64,000 nt of DNA. Source: an uncultured Actinomycetes bacterium (lineage in GTDB: Bacteria; Actinomycetota; UBA4738; HRBIN12). The notes beneath the pieces are model-generated. The model was not told where the DNA came from, did not search any database, and was given only the letters and a program-made list of their open reading frames with translations. Location: assembly GCA_963722795.1 (NCBI GenBank), contig CAVROD010000004.1:267768-331767 (forward strand), in the 5' to 3' direction. How positions within the stretch are numbered: position 1 is the stretch's first letter; each line of letters opens with the position of its first letter. The position numbers were made by a program, and so were the translations under genes. Positions 1 through 9,906 of this stretch are shown here, in pieces.

Positions 1-75
1 GGGCCGATCGCCGGCGCAGCCCCACCTGGAGCGTCTCTTGCCTCATCGTCGCTCACCCGTCATCGGTCAGATGGC

Positions 76-981
76 TCACGCCACGTTGCTTATCTTCTGC
101 ACCATGATCGAGTAGTCCTGGATCGTGACCCCTGGGATCTGTGGGTAGGCGCTGAAGCTGAAGAGGAACGGTACCGGGGTGTCGCTGAAGTGGGCGAGGA
201 TGCCGTTGGCCACGAATCCGTCGTGCCCGGTGGCGACGGCACCTCCGGGGAATCCGGGCAGGTAGTACGGGGGTTGTCGAGTTCGTCTCCGACGACCGGC
301 GATGCGCTGTACCAGGTCAGCGTGATGCTCCCGTTCCATGTCACCCTCGTGATCGAGGTAGGCCGACACCGCATAGATGCCCTTGGGCAGTACCAGCGCG
401 CGTCCAGCCGGCACGACGTCGTCTGTCCCCGTCCAGTCACTCGTGGTCTCCACCGACGAGCTGGATGCCCAGAGCCCCCCGTCGTAGGAGTACCCTGCAG
501 CTCGCCTGGCAGATGCCTGGTCCAGCTGCAAGTAGGGGCTGATCGACGAGCCCGTGTTCCCGATGCCGACGGCTGGGTTCGTGCGGCTGTAGAAGACGAA
601 CCGCTCGTGAGCGGCGATGAGGGTGGGCGCCCGACGTTCGGCTGTTTCATACGGCCCGACATGGCCGACGGATGCGCCCGCCCGCTCGGCGGGGCCTCGG
701 GGAGCGCCGTCCGCCGGCCGCCACGGGCAGCGGTCGTCACGAGCAGCGCGGTGACGACAACGCCTGCAAGCACTCGACCTGCCGATGCTCGTATGGTCCA
801 GGCTCGCCGAGACGGCGAGGGCCGGACACGGCAACGATCCCTGCGGACGCTTGCGAGGCGATCGCTTCGTCGCTCCCAGCGTCTGGGGCGTCCGGGAAGG
901 GCGGGCGACACGATGTGGATGCTTTCGTCGTTGTGATGCATGTTGCTTATAGCCTGAGCCGAGAGCCGATGTCATCGGCAA
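76..981 (-). CDS. hypothetical protein, probably secreted; N-terminal part uncertain or frame-broken
   Basis: 301-aa ORF. The C-terminal ~200 aa (FVFYSRTNPAVGIGNTGSSISPYLQ...FLFSFSAYPQIPGVTIQDYSIMVQK) are aromatic-rich and not shadow-like. A signal-like segment (RVLAGVVVTALLVTTAA) lies in the overlapping 90..941 frame, suggesting an indel. Confidence 0.4.
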   Translation of the reverse strand: MPMTSALGSGYKQHASQRRKHPHRVARPSRTPQTLGATKRSPRKRPQGSLPCPALAVSASLDHTSIGRSSACRRCRHRAARDDRCPWRPADGAPRGPAERAGASVGHVGPYETAERRAPTLIAAHERFVFYSRTNPAVGIGNTGSSISPYLQLDQASARRAAGYSYDGGLWASSSSVETTSDWTGTDDVVPAGRALVLPKGIYAVSAYLDHEGDMEREHHADLVQRIAGRRRRTRQPPYYLPGFPGGAVATGHDGFVANGILAHFSDTPVPFLFSFSAYPQIPGVTIQDYSIMVQKISNVA

Positions 982-1023
982 ACGATGTTGATTCCAACAG
1001 CGCAGGGGATGTTCATGACCCCG

Positions 1024-2003
1024 TCAGGGGGACAACCTGGCGGGGGTGGGCCTCGCTGCTAGCTGGCCTCTCAGCGAGGCTTCACGATCACGCCCGAGGT
1101 TCTGGCGCTCGTTCTCGACGGGCCCGATGGCCTCGAACGCGACCCAAGTCGCATACCCCTCAACCGTCATCTCGATGGCCAACAGGTCCGACGACGTGGG
1201 ATCCAGCACGGTGTCGTCGGAGTCTCGTCCTCCTCGACGACCGCGATCCTGCCCGACCAGGGGGTCGGTGACCCTCCGAGGTCGGCGATGTCGGGAAGTC
1301 CGGCCGCCACTCGAAGAGGGCGGCACGCAATGCTGGCGATGCCCGGGGATCGACAGCAAAGCCCGATCTCGTCGAATACGGTGGAGGCGCCTGGCGCCTG
1401 CGCTTCGACCTGCGCAACGAGCTCGCGGCGCAGCGCTGCGGGCGTCGTGGGCAGCGATCCAACGTCGCGTGACGGGAAGGTGCCTGCTCTGAACCTCTCC
1501 TCATCCGGTCGGGTCAGGCTCGGAGAGCCGGCGTCCACCCAGGCCTGCTCGTCGGCGGACGTGAGGAATCGCGCGTCCTCGACCGTGGTCACGATCCGAC
1601 CCGATCCGTCCGGGGCCAGCCAGGATTCTCGGGTTACATCGACCACGTATCGCCATGACAAACCGCTGCAAGTCCGCGCCGCTCGGAGTTCCCTCGCCTC
1701 GAGCGTGTATACACGCACGAGCCGGGGGCAACGACACCAGGCTGCACGTGTTCGGCGAGCCCACGACGCGTCGCCTTCGCCGAAGTGGGCGGGGCTAATC
1801 CCGCTCGGCGAACAACGCGGCGATCGCGGCAGCGATCGCGGGCCACAGGACCCGAAGTCTCGGCCGCATCGGCTTCCCGGCGGTGCGCACACCGTGATCT
1901 GAGGCGATCTGTCGTCGCAGCTGTGACAGGGCGCGCTCCTCCGCGAGCTCGTCGACCTCCGTTGGCTCGAAAGGGCACCGCGCAAAGCGTCCAACTCATC
2001 CAT
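1024..2003 (-). pseudogene. putative anti-sigma-like protein downstream of the ECF sigma gene (frame-broken)
   Basis: Starts MDELDALRGAL, overlapping the sigma stop codon by 8 nt. Protein-like segments (YVVDVTRESWLAPDGSGRIVTTVEDARFLTSADEQAWVDAG; VLDPTSSDLLAIEMTVEGYATWVAFEAIGPVENE) lie in two different frames. Confidence 0.4.
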
Positions 2004-2580
2004 CTCTCGGCCCTTCGTCGGCAACAATCATGATTGCCTTGAGGGGCGGGAGATGTTCACGAAGGATACGCCTGGCCCGATGAATCCTCGAGCGAACGGT
2101 GCCCTTGGGGATCGCCAGGACGCTGGCGATGTCCTCGTAGGAGAGATCGGCGATCCCGTAGAGGAGGAGGGCCTCGCGGTCTCGTTCGTCGAGCGATGCG
2201 AGTGCGTCGAAGACGAGGGGGATCGTGTGGGCGATGATCATCCGATCATCGTCAGCGGCCATCACGCCCAAACTCAGTCGCGACTCTCGTTGGAGGATCT
2301 CACGATGGCGTTGCTCATCCCGCGCGTGGTGTCGAAGCAGATTGGTCGCGATCGCGAACAGCCAGGGTCGAGCCGACGGGTAGGCCATGTCATAGCTGGC
2401 CCTGCGTTCGAACGCCACCAGGAAGGTCTGGGCGCCGAGCTCCTCGCCAACGTCGGAACCGAGTCGGCGTTGGAGGTACCGACGGATCGGCTGATAGTGG
2501 CGTCGGAAAACGCCTTCGAAAGCCTCCGGGTCACGCAACGACGCTTCGATGAGCTCGGCGTCGGTCCGCGCGTCTGGCAT
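1996..2580 (-). CDS. ECF-type RNA polymerase sigma-70 factor
   Basis: 194 aa. Region 2 (FEGVFRRHYQPIRRYLQRRLG...ELGAQTFLVAF) and region 4 HTH (LSYEDIASVLAIPKGTVRSRIHRARRIL). Confidence 0.9.
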   Translation of the reverse strand: MPDARTDAELIEASLRDPEAFEGVFRRHYQPIRRYLQRRLGSDVGEELGAQTFLVAFERRASYDMAYPSARPWLFAIATNLLRHHARDEQRHREILQRESRLSLGVMAADDDRMIIAHTIPLVFDALASLDERDREALLLYGIADLSYEDIASVLAIPKGTVRSRIHRARRILREHLPPLKAIMIVADEGPRDG

Positions 2581-2591
2581 CGGCGGGAAGC

Positions 2592-3176
2592 CTAGCCGAG
2601 GCTGCCGCCCCGGTCAGGGCCGCCAGCGCAGCGATGAGACTTCCTGTTGAGGGCGCCGACCGCGCAGCTTGGGTTGCAGGTGCGGACATCACCGCCGAAA
2701 TCGCTGTGGGCGAACTTTCGATTGCTGTCACACCCACCGAACCCTTTACCGGACTCGAAGTCGTCATTCCAGCTGTCACCGACGTAGGCCACGCTCCAGG
2801 ACACGTCGGATGAGCAGGTCGAGGGCGCGAAGTAGCTACGAGAGTTCCCGTTGAACGACTGAAGGACGTATTCGGTGCCGATCAGCACGCTCGATGCACC
2901 TGGCTCGGTCGATTCCGCGAGGACAGCCTCGGTCAATGACGATGGGACCGAGCCTGGGGGCAGATGAGTGCCTCCGCTGGTCCCCACCTCGACGGCTTCG
3001 GCGTACGTGTCGAAGCACCCGAGGTCAACGAGCACTGCGTCGATGATCTTTTCTCCGGATGACTCGCTGGTTGGTTCGAGGATACTCACGCAATGCTCCG
3101 GGGATGATGCGATCGCCGACTGAGTGCCGCCAACGAGGCCGATGACGGCCACGACGAGGGCCGCGCGTCGAGTCAT
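2592..3176 (-). CDS. secreted hypothetical protein
   Basis: 194 aa with N-terminal signal peptide MTRRAALVVAVIGLVGGTQSAIASS. Cys-containing, non-shadow composition. Confidence 0.6.
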   Translation of the reverse strand: MTRRAALVVAVIGLVGGTQSAIASSPEHCVSILEPTSESSGEKIIDAVLVDLGCFDTYAEAVEVGTSGGTHLPPGSVPSSLTEAVLAESTEPGASSVLIGTEYVLQSFNGNSRSYFAPSTCSSDVSWSVAYVGDSWNDDFESGKGFGGCDSNRKFAHSDFGGDVRTCNPSCAVGALNRKSHRCAGGPDRGGSLG

Positions 3177-3552
3177 ACGGGCAAAGGGTGCCCTGCTGGT
3201 TGAGGGCGGAGGTCGATCGGTACGTGAACGTGCGCCGCGCGAAGGAAGGGTTGACCGAGTCGGAACGTCATCAATCGGGAATCGATGAAGTGGGGCTGGC
3301 GAGCCTCGCCTTGCAGTGCCATGAACCTCCGGCCCCGGGTATGGCTATCTGGTTGTCAGATGAGCACGCCAACGGTGCATTTGATCGGGACGGATGACCT
3401 TCTGCGCATCCTGGCTAGCTCGCCCTCGGGCCATCGCATCGCGGCGCGCGACGACGGTTCGGAGAGGGAGGCAGCCTTGAATCGAGCATCCTGTCGGACC
3501 CTCCGCTGAGGCCGGTCGGGGGGATCGCGATCGATGGGAAGGGCGACGCGCG

Positions 3553-3840
3553 ATGTGGCGCGGCCAGGAACTTGCCCTCACACCATTGGAGTTCAGAGTG
3601 ATGGCCTGGATGGCAGCACAACCAGGACGTGCCTGGTCCTTCGAAGATCTCCGCCGTGCCGGCTGGGGGGAAGGGGCGGCGGGTGGGATCGACATCTACG
3701 CGGTGCGCTCGGTCGTACAACGCTTGCGCCGCAAGCTCAGGGCAGCTGACGTTCCCGGGTCGATCGCCAGTGTCCGTGGTTTCGGTTTCCGCTTCGATCG
3801 AGCCCCCGCGGTCAGGGAGGGGCTGGCAGCCGTTCCGTGA
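3553..3840 (+). CDS. OmpR/PhoB-type winged-helix DNA-binding domain protein; no receiver domain recognisable
   Basis: ELALTPLEFRVMAWMAAQPGRAWSFEDL...IDIYAVRSVVQRLRRKL...SVRGFGFRF is a typical Trans_reg_C pattern. The frame stays open and protein-like a few codons upstream of the first ATG, so the start is uncertain. Confidence 0.6.
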   Translation: MWRGQELALTPLEFRVMAWMAAQPGRAWSFEDLRRAGWGEGAAGGIDIYAVRSVVQRLRRKLRAADVPGSIASVRGFGFRFDRAPAVREGLAAVP

Positions 3841-3892
3841 TGCGGGTGCAGGAGGCCGAAACCTCAGCGCAGGTCGTAACCCTAGCGCATCG

Positions 3893-5329
3893 TCACTCCC
3901 GCTCGAACACCTTGCCGACCGCCGTCGGCGCACCCGGCGGGCCACCGGTCGCCGACGTGTACTCGGGCACGCCGACGCAGGTGAACAGCAGGCCGTCGAG
4001 CGGTTCGCCCAGCAACGCCGGGATCTCGCTGTCGAGGAACGTCATGCCCGAGGCGCTCGCGCCGAGCGCGTACGCGAGCAGGTGCAGGCGCCCCTCGACC
4101 AGACCCGCGGCGAGGTGCGCCTCGCGGTAGGCGTGGTCGTCGAGCGCGCCGACGTCGGTGGCGCCGATCACGACGAACGCGGCGTCGCGCGCGAGCGACT
4201 GGTCGAGACAGATGCGGTACAGCTCGTCGCGCATGGCGCCCGGGTGCACGGGCGCCGTGAGGTCGGGCCAGCGGTAGACACCCGGCTCGAAGCCTTCGAC
4301 GTCGTGCACGGCGATGAAGTGCGGCATGTCGATGCCCCGCATGGCGGTCGGCAGGGCGCTGCGGAGCAACACTGCCGGCAGGCCGCACGTGGGGTCCATG
4401 CGCCGTTGCGAGCCTCGGGCGAGCACCACCTGCTCGACCGGACGAGGGTTCGCCGCCGGCACATCGACGGCGCCGCCGCGGTCCCACGACGGCCCGAGCG
4501 CGTCGAGGTCGCCCGCGTGCTGGGCGGCGGTGACGAGTGGGAACTCCAGCGGCTCGGCATCGACCTCGCCCGTCGTCGCCGCCCCGGTCGCGGGGAGCCC
4601 CGGCTCGCTCTCGCCGAGGGAGACGACCGCCACCGGCCATTCATGCACCCCGTCGGCGCCGACCAGCGTCGCGACCGCCGCATCCGGGAACCGTGTGTGC
4701 AACCTCGTGGTGAGCCCCGCGGAGTCGGCCACCGCGAGCAGTTGGGCGAGCATCGTGCCGGCGTCCCAGTACACGTGGCGGAACCCGCGCTCTCGGTATC
4801 GCCACCCGGTGCGCCACGGCACGCCGGTGACGACGACCGCGGGCGACCGTCCGTGAGGAGGCGGGCCGACCAGCACGAGCGCGTGTTCCCGCGGGTCGTA
4901 CCAGTGCACCCCGGCAGGCAGGCTCGAGCCCTCGGGCACGGCCACGTAGACCTCCAACGGGAAGCGGCCGCCCGCCGACCCCGACGCGCGGAACAGCCAC
5001 GTCGCGTAGGGACGCTCCATGGTCCGCACCACGCCGGCGGACAGATGGAGCAACCGGGCGAGCTGATGCAGGTCGACCGCGGCGGGCTCGACATCGGCCG
5101 AGCCGGCGAGCACGGCGACGGCCGGCGCCGTCGTGGTGGGCAACTCGCGAGGCAGCGACCGCCGCGGCAGCCGGTCGGGGTATCGCTTGGTGAACCACGG
5201 GAAGCGGTCGAGGTCGTTCACCTCGAGGTCCTGCACCACGAGAGGGTCCTCGACGGCCTCGTCCCATTCGCGACCGGGCTCGTACGACGTGAGCCGATGC
5301 AGCGTCTGCGTCGGGCTCTCCACCGGCAT
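3893..5329 (-). CDS. nitroreductase-superfamily (SagB/ThcOx-like) dehydrogenase, two-domain
   Basis: The 557-aa ORF is trimmed to MPVESPTQTLHRLTSYEPG (start 5329, just after the upstream stop at 5338). Two nitroreductase-like halves (FRASGSAGGRFPLEVYV...; AHLAAGLVEGRLHLLAYALGASASGMTFLD). Confidence 0.7.
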   Translation of the reverse strand: MPVESPTQTLHRLTSYEPGREWDEAVEDPLVVQDLEVNDLDRFPWFTKRYPDRLPRRSLPRELPTTTAPAVAVLAGSADVEPAAVDLHQLARLLHLSAGVVRTMERPYATWLFRASGSAGGRFPLEVYVAVPEGSSLPAGVHWYDPREHALVLVGPPPHGRSPAVVVTGVPWRTGWRYRERGFRHVYWDAGTMLAQLLAVADSAGLTTRLHTRFPDAAVATLVGADGVHEWPVAVVSLGESEPGLPATGAATTGEVDAEPLEFPLVTAAQHAGDLDALGPSWDRGGAVDVPAANPRPVEQVVLARGSQRRMDPTCGLPAVLLRSALPTAMRGIDMPHFIAVHDVEGFEPGVYRWPDLTAPVHPGAMRDELYRICLDQSLARDAAFVVIGATDVGALDDHAYREAHLAAGLVEGRLHLLAYALGASASGMTFLDSEIPALLGEPLDGLLFTCVGVPEYTSATGGPPGAPTAVGKVFERE

Positions 5330-5337
5330 CTCCCGGA

Positions 5338-6183
5338 TCAACGGTCGCGCGTGAGCGGGTCCGTTCGCAGTGCCAGCCCCGCCGCGCCGACATCGAGGGC
5401 CACGATGCTCCATCCGCCGAGGCTCGAGATGGCCAGACGGTCGAGGTCGGCGCCGATGAACGCCACGTTCGCCGGCTGGTTGAGGGACACCCCGTCGGGG
5501 TCGTCGAGCAAGATCTCGGGCGAGCCACCGGGTGCGATGCGCCACACGCGGTCGGGGCGGTAGCACCCCACGTACATCGTGCCGTCCGCCGCGAGGGCGA
5601 TGCCGTCGGGCTGCGAACCGGCGAGCTCGACGACCACCTCGGGCTCGCCCGCGTCACCATCTGCCCCGATGGGCACCCGCACCACGCGCCGCCGGCTCGA
5701 TTCCACGACCAGCAGCGCGTCGCCCTCGATCGACAGGCAGCAACCGTTCGGGAACCCCGGCACGCGCGCCGACCAGACCTGCGTCGTTCCCTCGGTGTCG
5801 ACGCGGAACATCAGGCCGTCGTCGGCGCCCCAGTTGCCCGAGTCGGTCACGTACAGGTTGCCGGCGTCGTCGAACGCCGAGAAGTTCGGCACGCGGATCG
5901 GATGGTCGGGCGTGCCGGTCGTCACGGTGGAGATGTCGCCGGTGCCCGTGATGCGCGAGATCTCGGCACGTCCGAAGTCGCACGCGATGATGTCACCACG
6001 GCCGTCGACGGTGACCCCGTACATGAATCCGCCCGTCGACGCGATCTCTCGCACCTCGCCGTCGTCGCCGATGGCGTAGATCTGTCCCGCTTCCCCGCCG
6101 GCATAGATGCGCCCGTCGGGCCCCCAGGCGACCCCCTCGGGGTGGTCGAGCCCGGTGGCGATCGTCACGAGCTTCTCGAGCAC
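5338..6183 (-). CDS. SMP-30/gluconolactonase/LRE-family beta-propeller protein
   Basis: GTG start at 6183, 3 nt after the upstream stop. Motifs LDHPEGVAWGPDGRIY, NLYVTDSGN, PNGCCLS, PDGIALAADGTMYV. The Arg-rich N-terminal extension of the 494-aa ORF is discarded. Confidence 0.8.
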   Translation of the reverse strand: MLEKLVTIATGLDHPEGVAWGPDGRIYAGGEAGQIYAIGDDGEVREIASTGGFMYGVTVDGRGDIIACDFGRAEISRITGTGDISTVTTGTPDHPIRVPNFSAFDDAGNLYVTDSGNWGADDGLMFRVDTEGTTQVWSARVPGFPNGCCLSIEGDALLVVESSRRRVVRVPIGADGDAGEPEVVVELAGSQPDGIALAADGTMYVGCYRPDRVWRIAPGGSPEILLDDPDGVSLNQPANVAFIGADLDRLAISSLGGWSIVALDVGAAGLALRTDPLTRDR

Positions 6184-6185
6184 GG

Positions 6186-6764
6186 TCAACCCTTCAGGTC
6201 GTAGGCCGAGATGAGTTCGACGAAGGCCGGCGCGGTCGCGCGGCGTCCGCCGGCGTGCAGGTACGACACCGACGAACCATGCTGCCACGCGGCGAGGAAG
6301 ACGGGTACGTCGTTGTGGCAGCAGCCGTCGGGGAGATGCCGGAACACGACGACCCCGTCGGGCACGCCATCGGGATCGATGCGTTCCGACGTGATGATCT
6401 CGGCGGGCGCATGGCCGGCGAACCACGCAACGAACGCGGCGGCGCCGGCCGCATCGGCGAAGGTGAGGCCCCGCGACAGCACCCTCGAGAACGGGCGGCC
6501 CGTGCCGCCCCCGAACGAACGTTGGGCGGCGCGCGAGAACCCGGCCTCGGCGAGCACCGCTCGCAGCTCGTCGGGATGGGTGACCTCGTTCGCGAGCCGG
6601 TCGATGTCGACCGGCGTCGTATCGCCGGACATGCGGGGCACCGCTGAGTTCGGCAACAACTGAGGCGGGGGACCGGATGCGGGGGTGTCGCGAGGAACGG
6701 CATCGGAGGCGCACGCCGCCGCCAGCAGGAGCACGACCGCTGCGACCCAGACAGAGCGTGTCAT
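6186..6764 (-). CDS. putative lipoprotein
   Basis: MTRSVWVAAVVLLLAAACAS is a lipobox-type signal. Coupled upstream of the SMP-30-like gene. Confidence 0.55.
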   Translation of the reverse strand: MTRSVWVAAVVLLLAAACASDAVPRDTPASGPPPQLLPNSAVPRMSGDTTPVDIDRLANEVTHPDELRAVLAEAGFSRAAQRSFGGGTGRPFSRVLSRGLTFADAAGAAAFVAWFAGHAPAEIITSERIDPDGVPDGVVVFRHLPDGCCHNDVPVFLAAWQHGSSVSYLHAGGRRATAPAFVELISAYDLKG

Positions 6765-6870
6765 CGGCCTCGCGTTCTCCCGCTTCCGTGTGTGCCTTGC
6801 CCCCAGCGCCTGTCGAGCGCATGATACGGCCATCACCGGGGCCTCGCGAATCGGCGGAGGGGAGAGCGGC

Positions 6871-8048
6871 ATGGTGGAAAAGCGCTTAGGCAACTCGATC
6901 GGCAGGCGGGACTTCCTGCGGTATGCCGGCTACACGGGGATGGCCGTGAGCATGGCGGGCGTGCTCGCCGCGTGCCGCGACGCGAGACACCCTCCGGAGC
7001 GCACGCAGGGTTCGGGCCAGGCCGCGATCCCGCCGATCGAGCAGGAGCCTGGCGGTCTGCAGGTCTTCGACTGGTCCGGCTACGGCAACGGCGACTACTA
7101 CCCCAAGGAAGAGAAGAAGTTCCTCTGGGGCCAGTACGCGAAGGCCACCGGCGACACGCCCGAGTTCGCCCTGTTCGAGAACGACGACTCCGCCTACACG
7201 AAGGTCGTCGCGGGCGCGCGCTACGACGTCGCGCACCCGTGCGGCTATCGCTACCAGGACTGGGTCGACCTCGGCGCCATGCAGCCCTGGGACACGTCCG
7301 CTGATCTCGAACTTCTCTCACGCTGAACCCGAAGCTCATGGAAGCGGGCCAGTTCGACGGCGAGCAGTACTTCGTGCCCCTGGACTGGGGCTTCATCGCC
7401 CCGCTCGTGAACCTCGACCACGTCGACGGCAGCGACGAGACGTTCGGCATGCTGTTCGACGAGCGCTACAAGGGCAAGATCGCCTGGGTCGACACGCTCA
7501 ACATGATGGTGCGTCGCCGGCCTACTGCCTCGGCATCGAGGACCCCTGGGACATGACCGACGAGGAGCTCGCCGAGGTGCGCGACTTCCTCGTCTCGAAG
7601 AAGGGCCTCGTGCGGTTCTACTGGAACCAGTCCTACGACTTCTGGCTCGCCTTCAAGAAGGAAGAGGTCTGGGCCGGCTACTCGTGGCCCGACACGGTCG
7701 GCTACGCCGACACGGCGGGCATGAACTACCAGTACATGCAGCCGAAGGAAGGGCGCATCTCGTGGGTGTGCGGACTGGGCCTGTTCGCCGACACGGAGAA
7801 CTACCACCACGCGCACGAGTACGTGGACTCGTGGGCGAGCAAGGAGGCGGCGGAGTTCCTGCTCGCGTACTACTACTACGGCCACACCAACACCGACGGC
7901 GGACCTCGACGTGGTGCCGGACGGGGTGCGCGCGGCGCTCGGCCTCGACGACCCGACCGTGCTGGACGAGCCGAACGCGCACCCCGAGTCGTAGATCCCG
8001 CGGCGCGACGTGTACCAGCAGTACTGGAGCGAGGTGCAGGCATCCTGA
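6871..8048 (+). pseudogene. ABC transporter substrate-binding protein, PotD/PotF-like, Tat signal; multiple frame breaks
   Basis: GGAGG-type RBS then ATG at 6871. Twin-arginine signal GRRDFLRYAG. Homologous segments occupy three frames (6871-7326, 7338-7556, 7553-~7900, tail ...DVYQQYWSEVQAS* ending 8048). Confidence 0.75.
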
Positions 8049-8077
8049 GCCGGCGGCCCGGACGCCGGTAGCGCTCC

Positions 8078-8985
8078 GTGGCGACGCTCGAAGCCACCGC
8101 CACCGGCCGGGGATGGCGACGACGGGACCGGCGGGTCACGGCGGGCCTGCTCGCCGGCCCGCTGCTGTGGCTGCTGATCTTCTTCGTGATCCCGGTCGGC
8201 TTCGTGGCGGCCTACAGCGTGGGGGCCGTGTCGTTGTTCCCGACGGACTCCGGCGTCGTCTCGCTCGAGGGCTGGCGAGCGCCTGCTGTTCAACGACTCC
8301 GTGTACATGGGCCTGTTCTGGAAGTCGATCCGCATGTCGCTGACGGTCTCGATCGGTCGTCGTGCTGCTCGCCTACCCGACCGGCTACTTCCTCGCGATG
8401 TGCGTCGCGCAGACGCAAGTACGTGCTGTTGCTGCTGATCATCGCCCCGTTCCTCACGAGCTACCTGCTGCGGTGCTCGCATGGAAGGTGATCCTCGGCG
8501 ACGGCGGCGTCATCGGCTCGTTCCTGTCGTGGACCGGCGTGCGGGGAGCCGACGACCCGGTCAGCTGGCTGATCTACAGCCGTTCACCGTGATGCTGGTG
8601 CTCGCCTACATGTGGGTGCCGTTCGTCGCGCTGCCGGTCTTCGTGAGCCTCGAACAACCTGGACCGCAGTCTGCTCGAGGCCGCGGGCGACCTCGGCGCG
8701 AGCCGGCTGGCGGACGTTCGTACGGGTGACGCTGCCGCTCAGCCTGTCCGGGCGTGTTCGCGGCGTTCCTGTTCGTGTTCATCCCGACGATCGGCGAGTT
8801 CGTGACGCCGCTGCTCGTCGGCGGCACGAGCGGCTACATGTACGGCAACGCGATCCAGGACCTGTTCACGGAGGGCCTCGACTGGCGAGACGGGCTCGAT
8901 GCTCGCGCTGTTCCTGCTCGGCATCGTGGCGGTGCTGATGGCGGCGTTCGGACGCTTCCTGCGCGTGCGAGCGGTGGCGCGATGA
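8078..8985 (+). pseudogene. ABC transporter permease (PotB-like), several frame breaks
   Basis: LLAGPLLWLLIFFVIPVGF; LLAYPTGYFLA; VMLVLAYMWVPFVALPVFVSLE; FLFVFIPTIGEFVTPLLVGGTSGYMYGN are spread over three frames. The stop overlaps the next start (ATGA at 8982). Confidence 0.7.
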
Positions 8986-9832
8986 GCGATATCGCGACCT
9001 CCCAGGGCGCGCGGCGTGGACTGACGCTGTTCTTCGTGCTGCTCGTGGTGTTCCTGTACGCGCCGATCGTGATCCTCGCGATCTTCTCGTTCAACGACGG
9101 CGACGTGGCGTTCCCGCTCGCCGGCTTCACGCTCGATTGGTACCGGCGGTTCTTCTCGAACCCGAAGATCCTCGGCGCTCGAGCGCAGCGCGATCGTGGC
9201 CGCCGATCTCGAGCCTGATCGCGGTGGCGCTCGGGGTGCGCGGCGGCCTTCGCCCTGCTGCGCCGGCGCTTCGCCGGCAAGTCGGCCGTCTCCGCCCTGC
9301 TGTTCTCGCCGCTCGTGGTGCCCTACCTGGTGTTCGGCGTCTCCCTGCTCGTGATCTTCACGGCGGTCGACAAGCTCCTCACCTCGACGACGGGCATACT
9401 ACTCGGGCTCGGGTCTGCACACGGTCGTGATCGGTCACGTGGTCGTGTCGCTGCCGTACACGGTGCTCACGATCATGCCGTTGCTCGAGCGATTGAGCGT
9501 CGAGCCTCGAGGAAGCGGCGAAGGACCTCGGAGCGAGCCCGTGGCAGTCGTTCCGCCGTGTCACGCTGCCGCTGCTGATGCCCGCGCTCGTCTCGGCCTT
9601 CATGATCGCGTTCACCCTGTCGTTCGACGAGTACGCGATCGCGTCGTTCCTGGCAGGGGAGACCCCGACGTGGCCGGTCTACCTGTTCGCGCAGCTGCGG
9701 GTGCCGAGCCAGCTGCCGCAGCTGCTCGCGGTGTCGTCGGTGGTGCTGATCGCCTCGCTCACGGTCGTGCTGGCGGCCGAGATCGGGCGCAGGCTCGCGG
9801 AGAAGCGGTACGCCGGAACCGAGAGCTCATGA
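8982..9832 (+). pseudogene. ABC transporter permease (PotC-like), several frame breaks
   Basis: MSDIATSQGARRGLTLFFVLLVVFLYAPIVILAIFSFND...; VVPYLVFGVSLLVIF; IGHVVVSLPYTVLTIMPLLERL; MPALVSAFMIAFTLSFDEYAIASFLAG lie in different frames. Confidence 0.7.
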
Positions 9833-9848
9833 GCGACGTTTGCGGTGT

Positions 9849-9885
9849 TTCTCAGAAGTTCTCAACAGTTGAGAAGTCCTGAGAA
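9849..9885. promoter_or_regulatory. AT-rich imperfect palindrome (candidate operator or hairpin) upstream of the AAA ATPase gene
   Basis: ttctcagaagttctcaac-ag-ttgagaagtcctgagaa. The arms match at 15 of 17 positions. It lies in the 74-nt gap between the permease stop (9832) and the ATG at 9907. Confidence 0.35.
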
Positions 9886-9906
9886 CAGATGTAACGTGCC
9901 GCCCTG

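Noticed and set aside
3285-3552. Degenerate receiver domain upstream of the wHTH protein (MSTPTVHLIGTDDLLRIL...)
   Set aside because: Only about 50 residues are vaguely receiver-like, in a different frame, and no conserved Asp pocket is identifiable. This is insufficient to call a frame-broken response regulator.
3893-5329. SagB-like dehydrogenase as evidence for a thiazole/oxazole (TOMM) RiPP cluster
   Set aside because: No YcaO or cyclodehydratase, docking protein or Cys/Ser/Thr-rich precursor is adjacent. The neighbours are an SMP-30-like propeller and a lipoprotein. Tandem nitroreductase-fold proteins also occur outside RiPP pathways.
3629-5563. 644-aa plus-strand ORF
   Set aside because: It is antisense to the SagB-like and SMP-30-like genes. 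Its Arg/Gly/Pro/Ala-dominated composition is typical of shadow ORFs in high-GC DNA, and it has no recognisable motifs.
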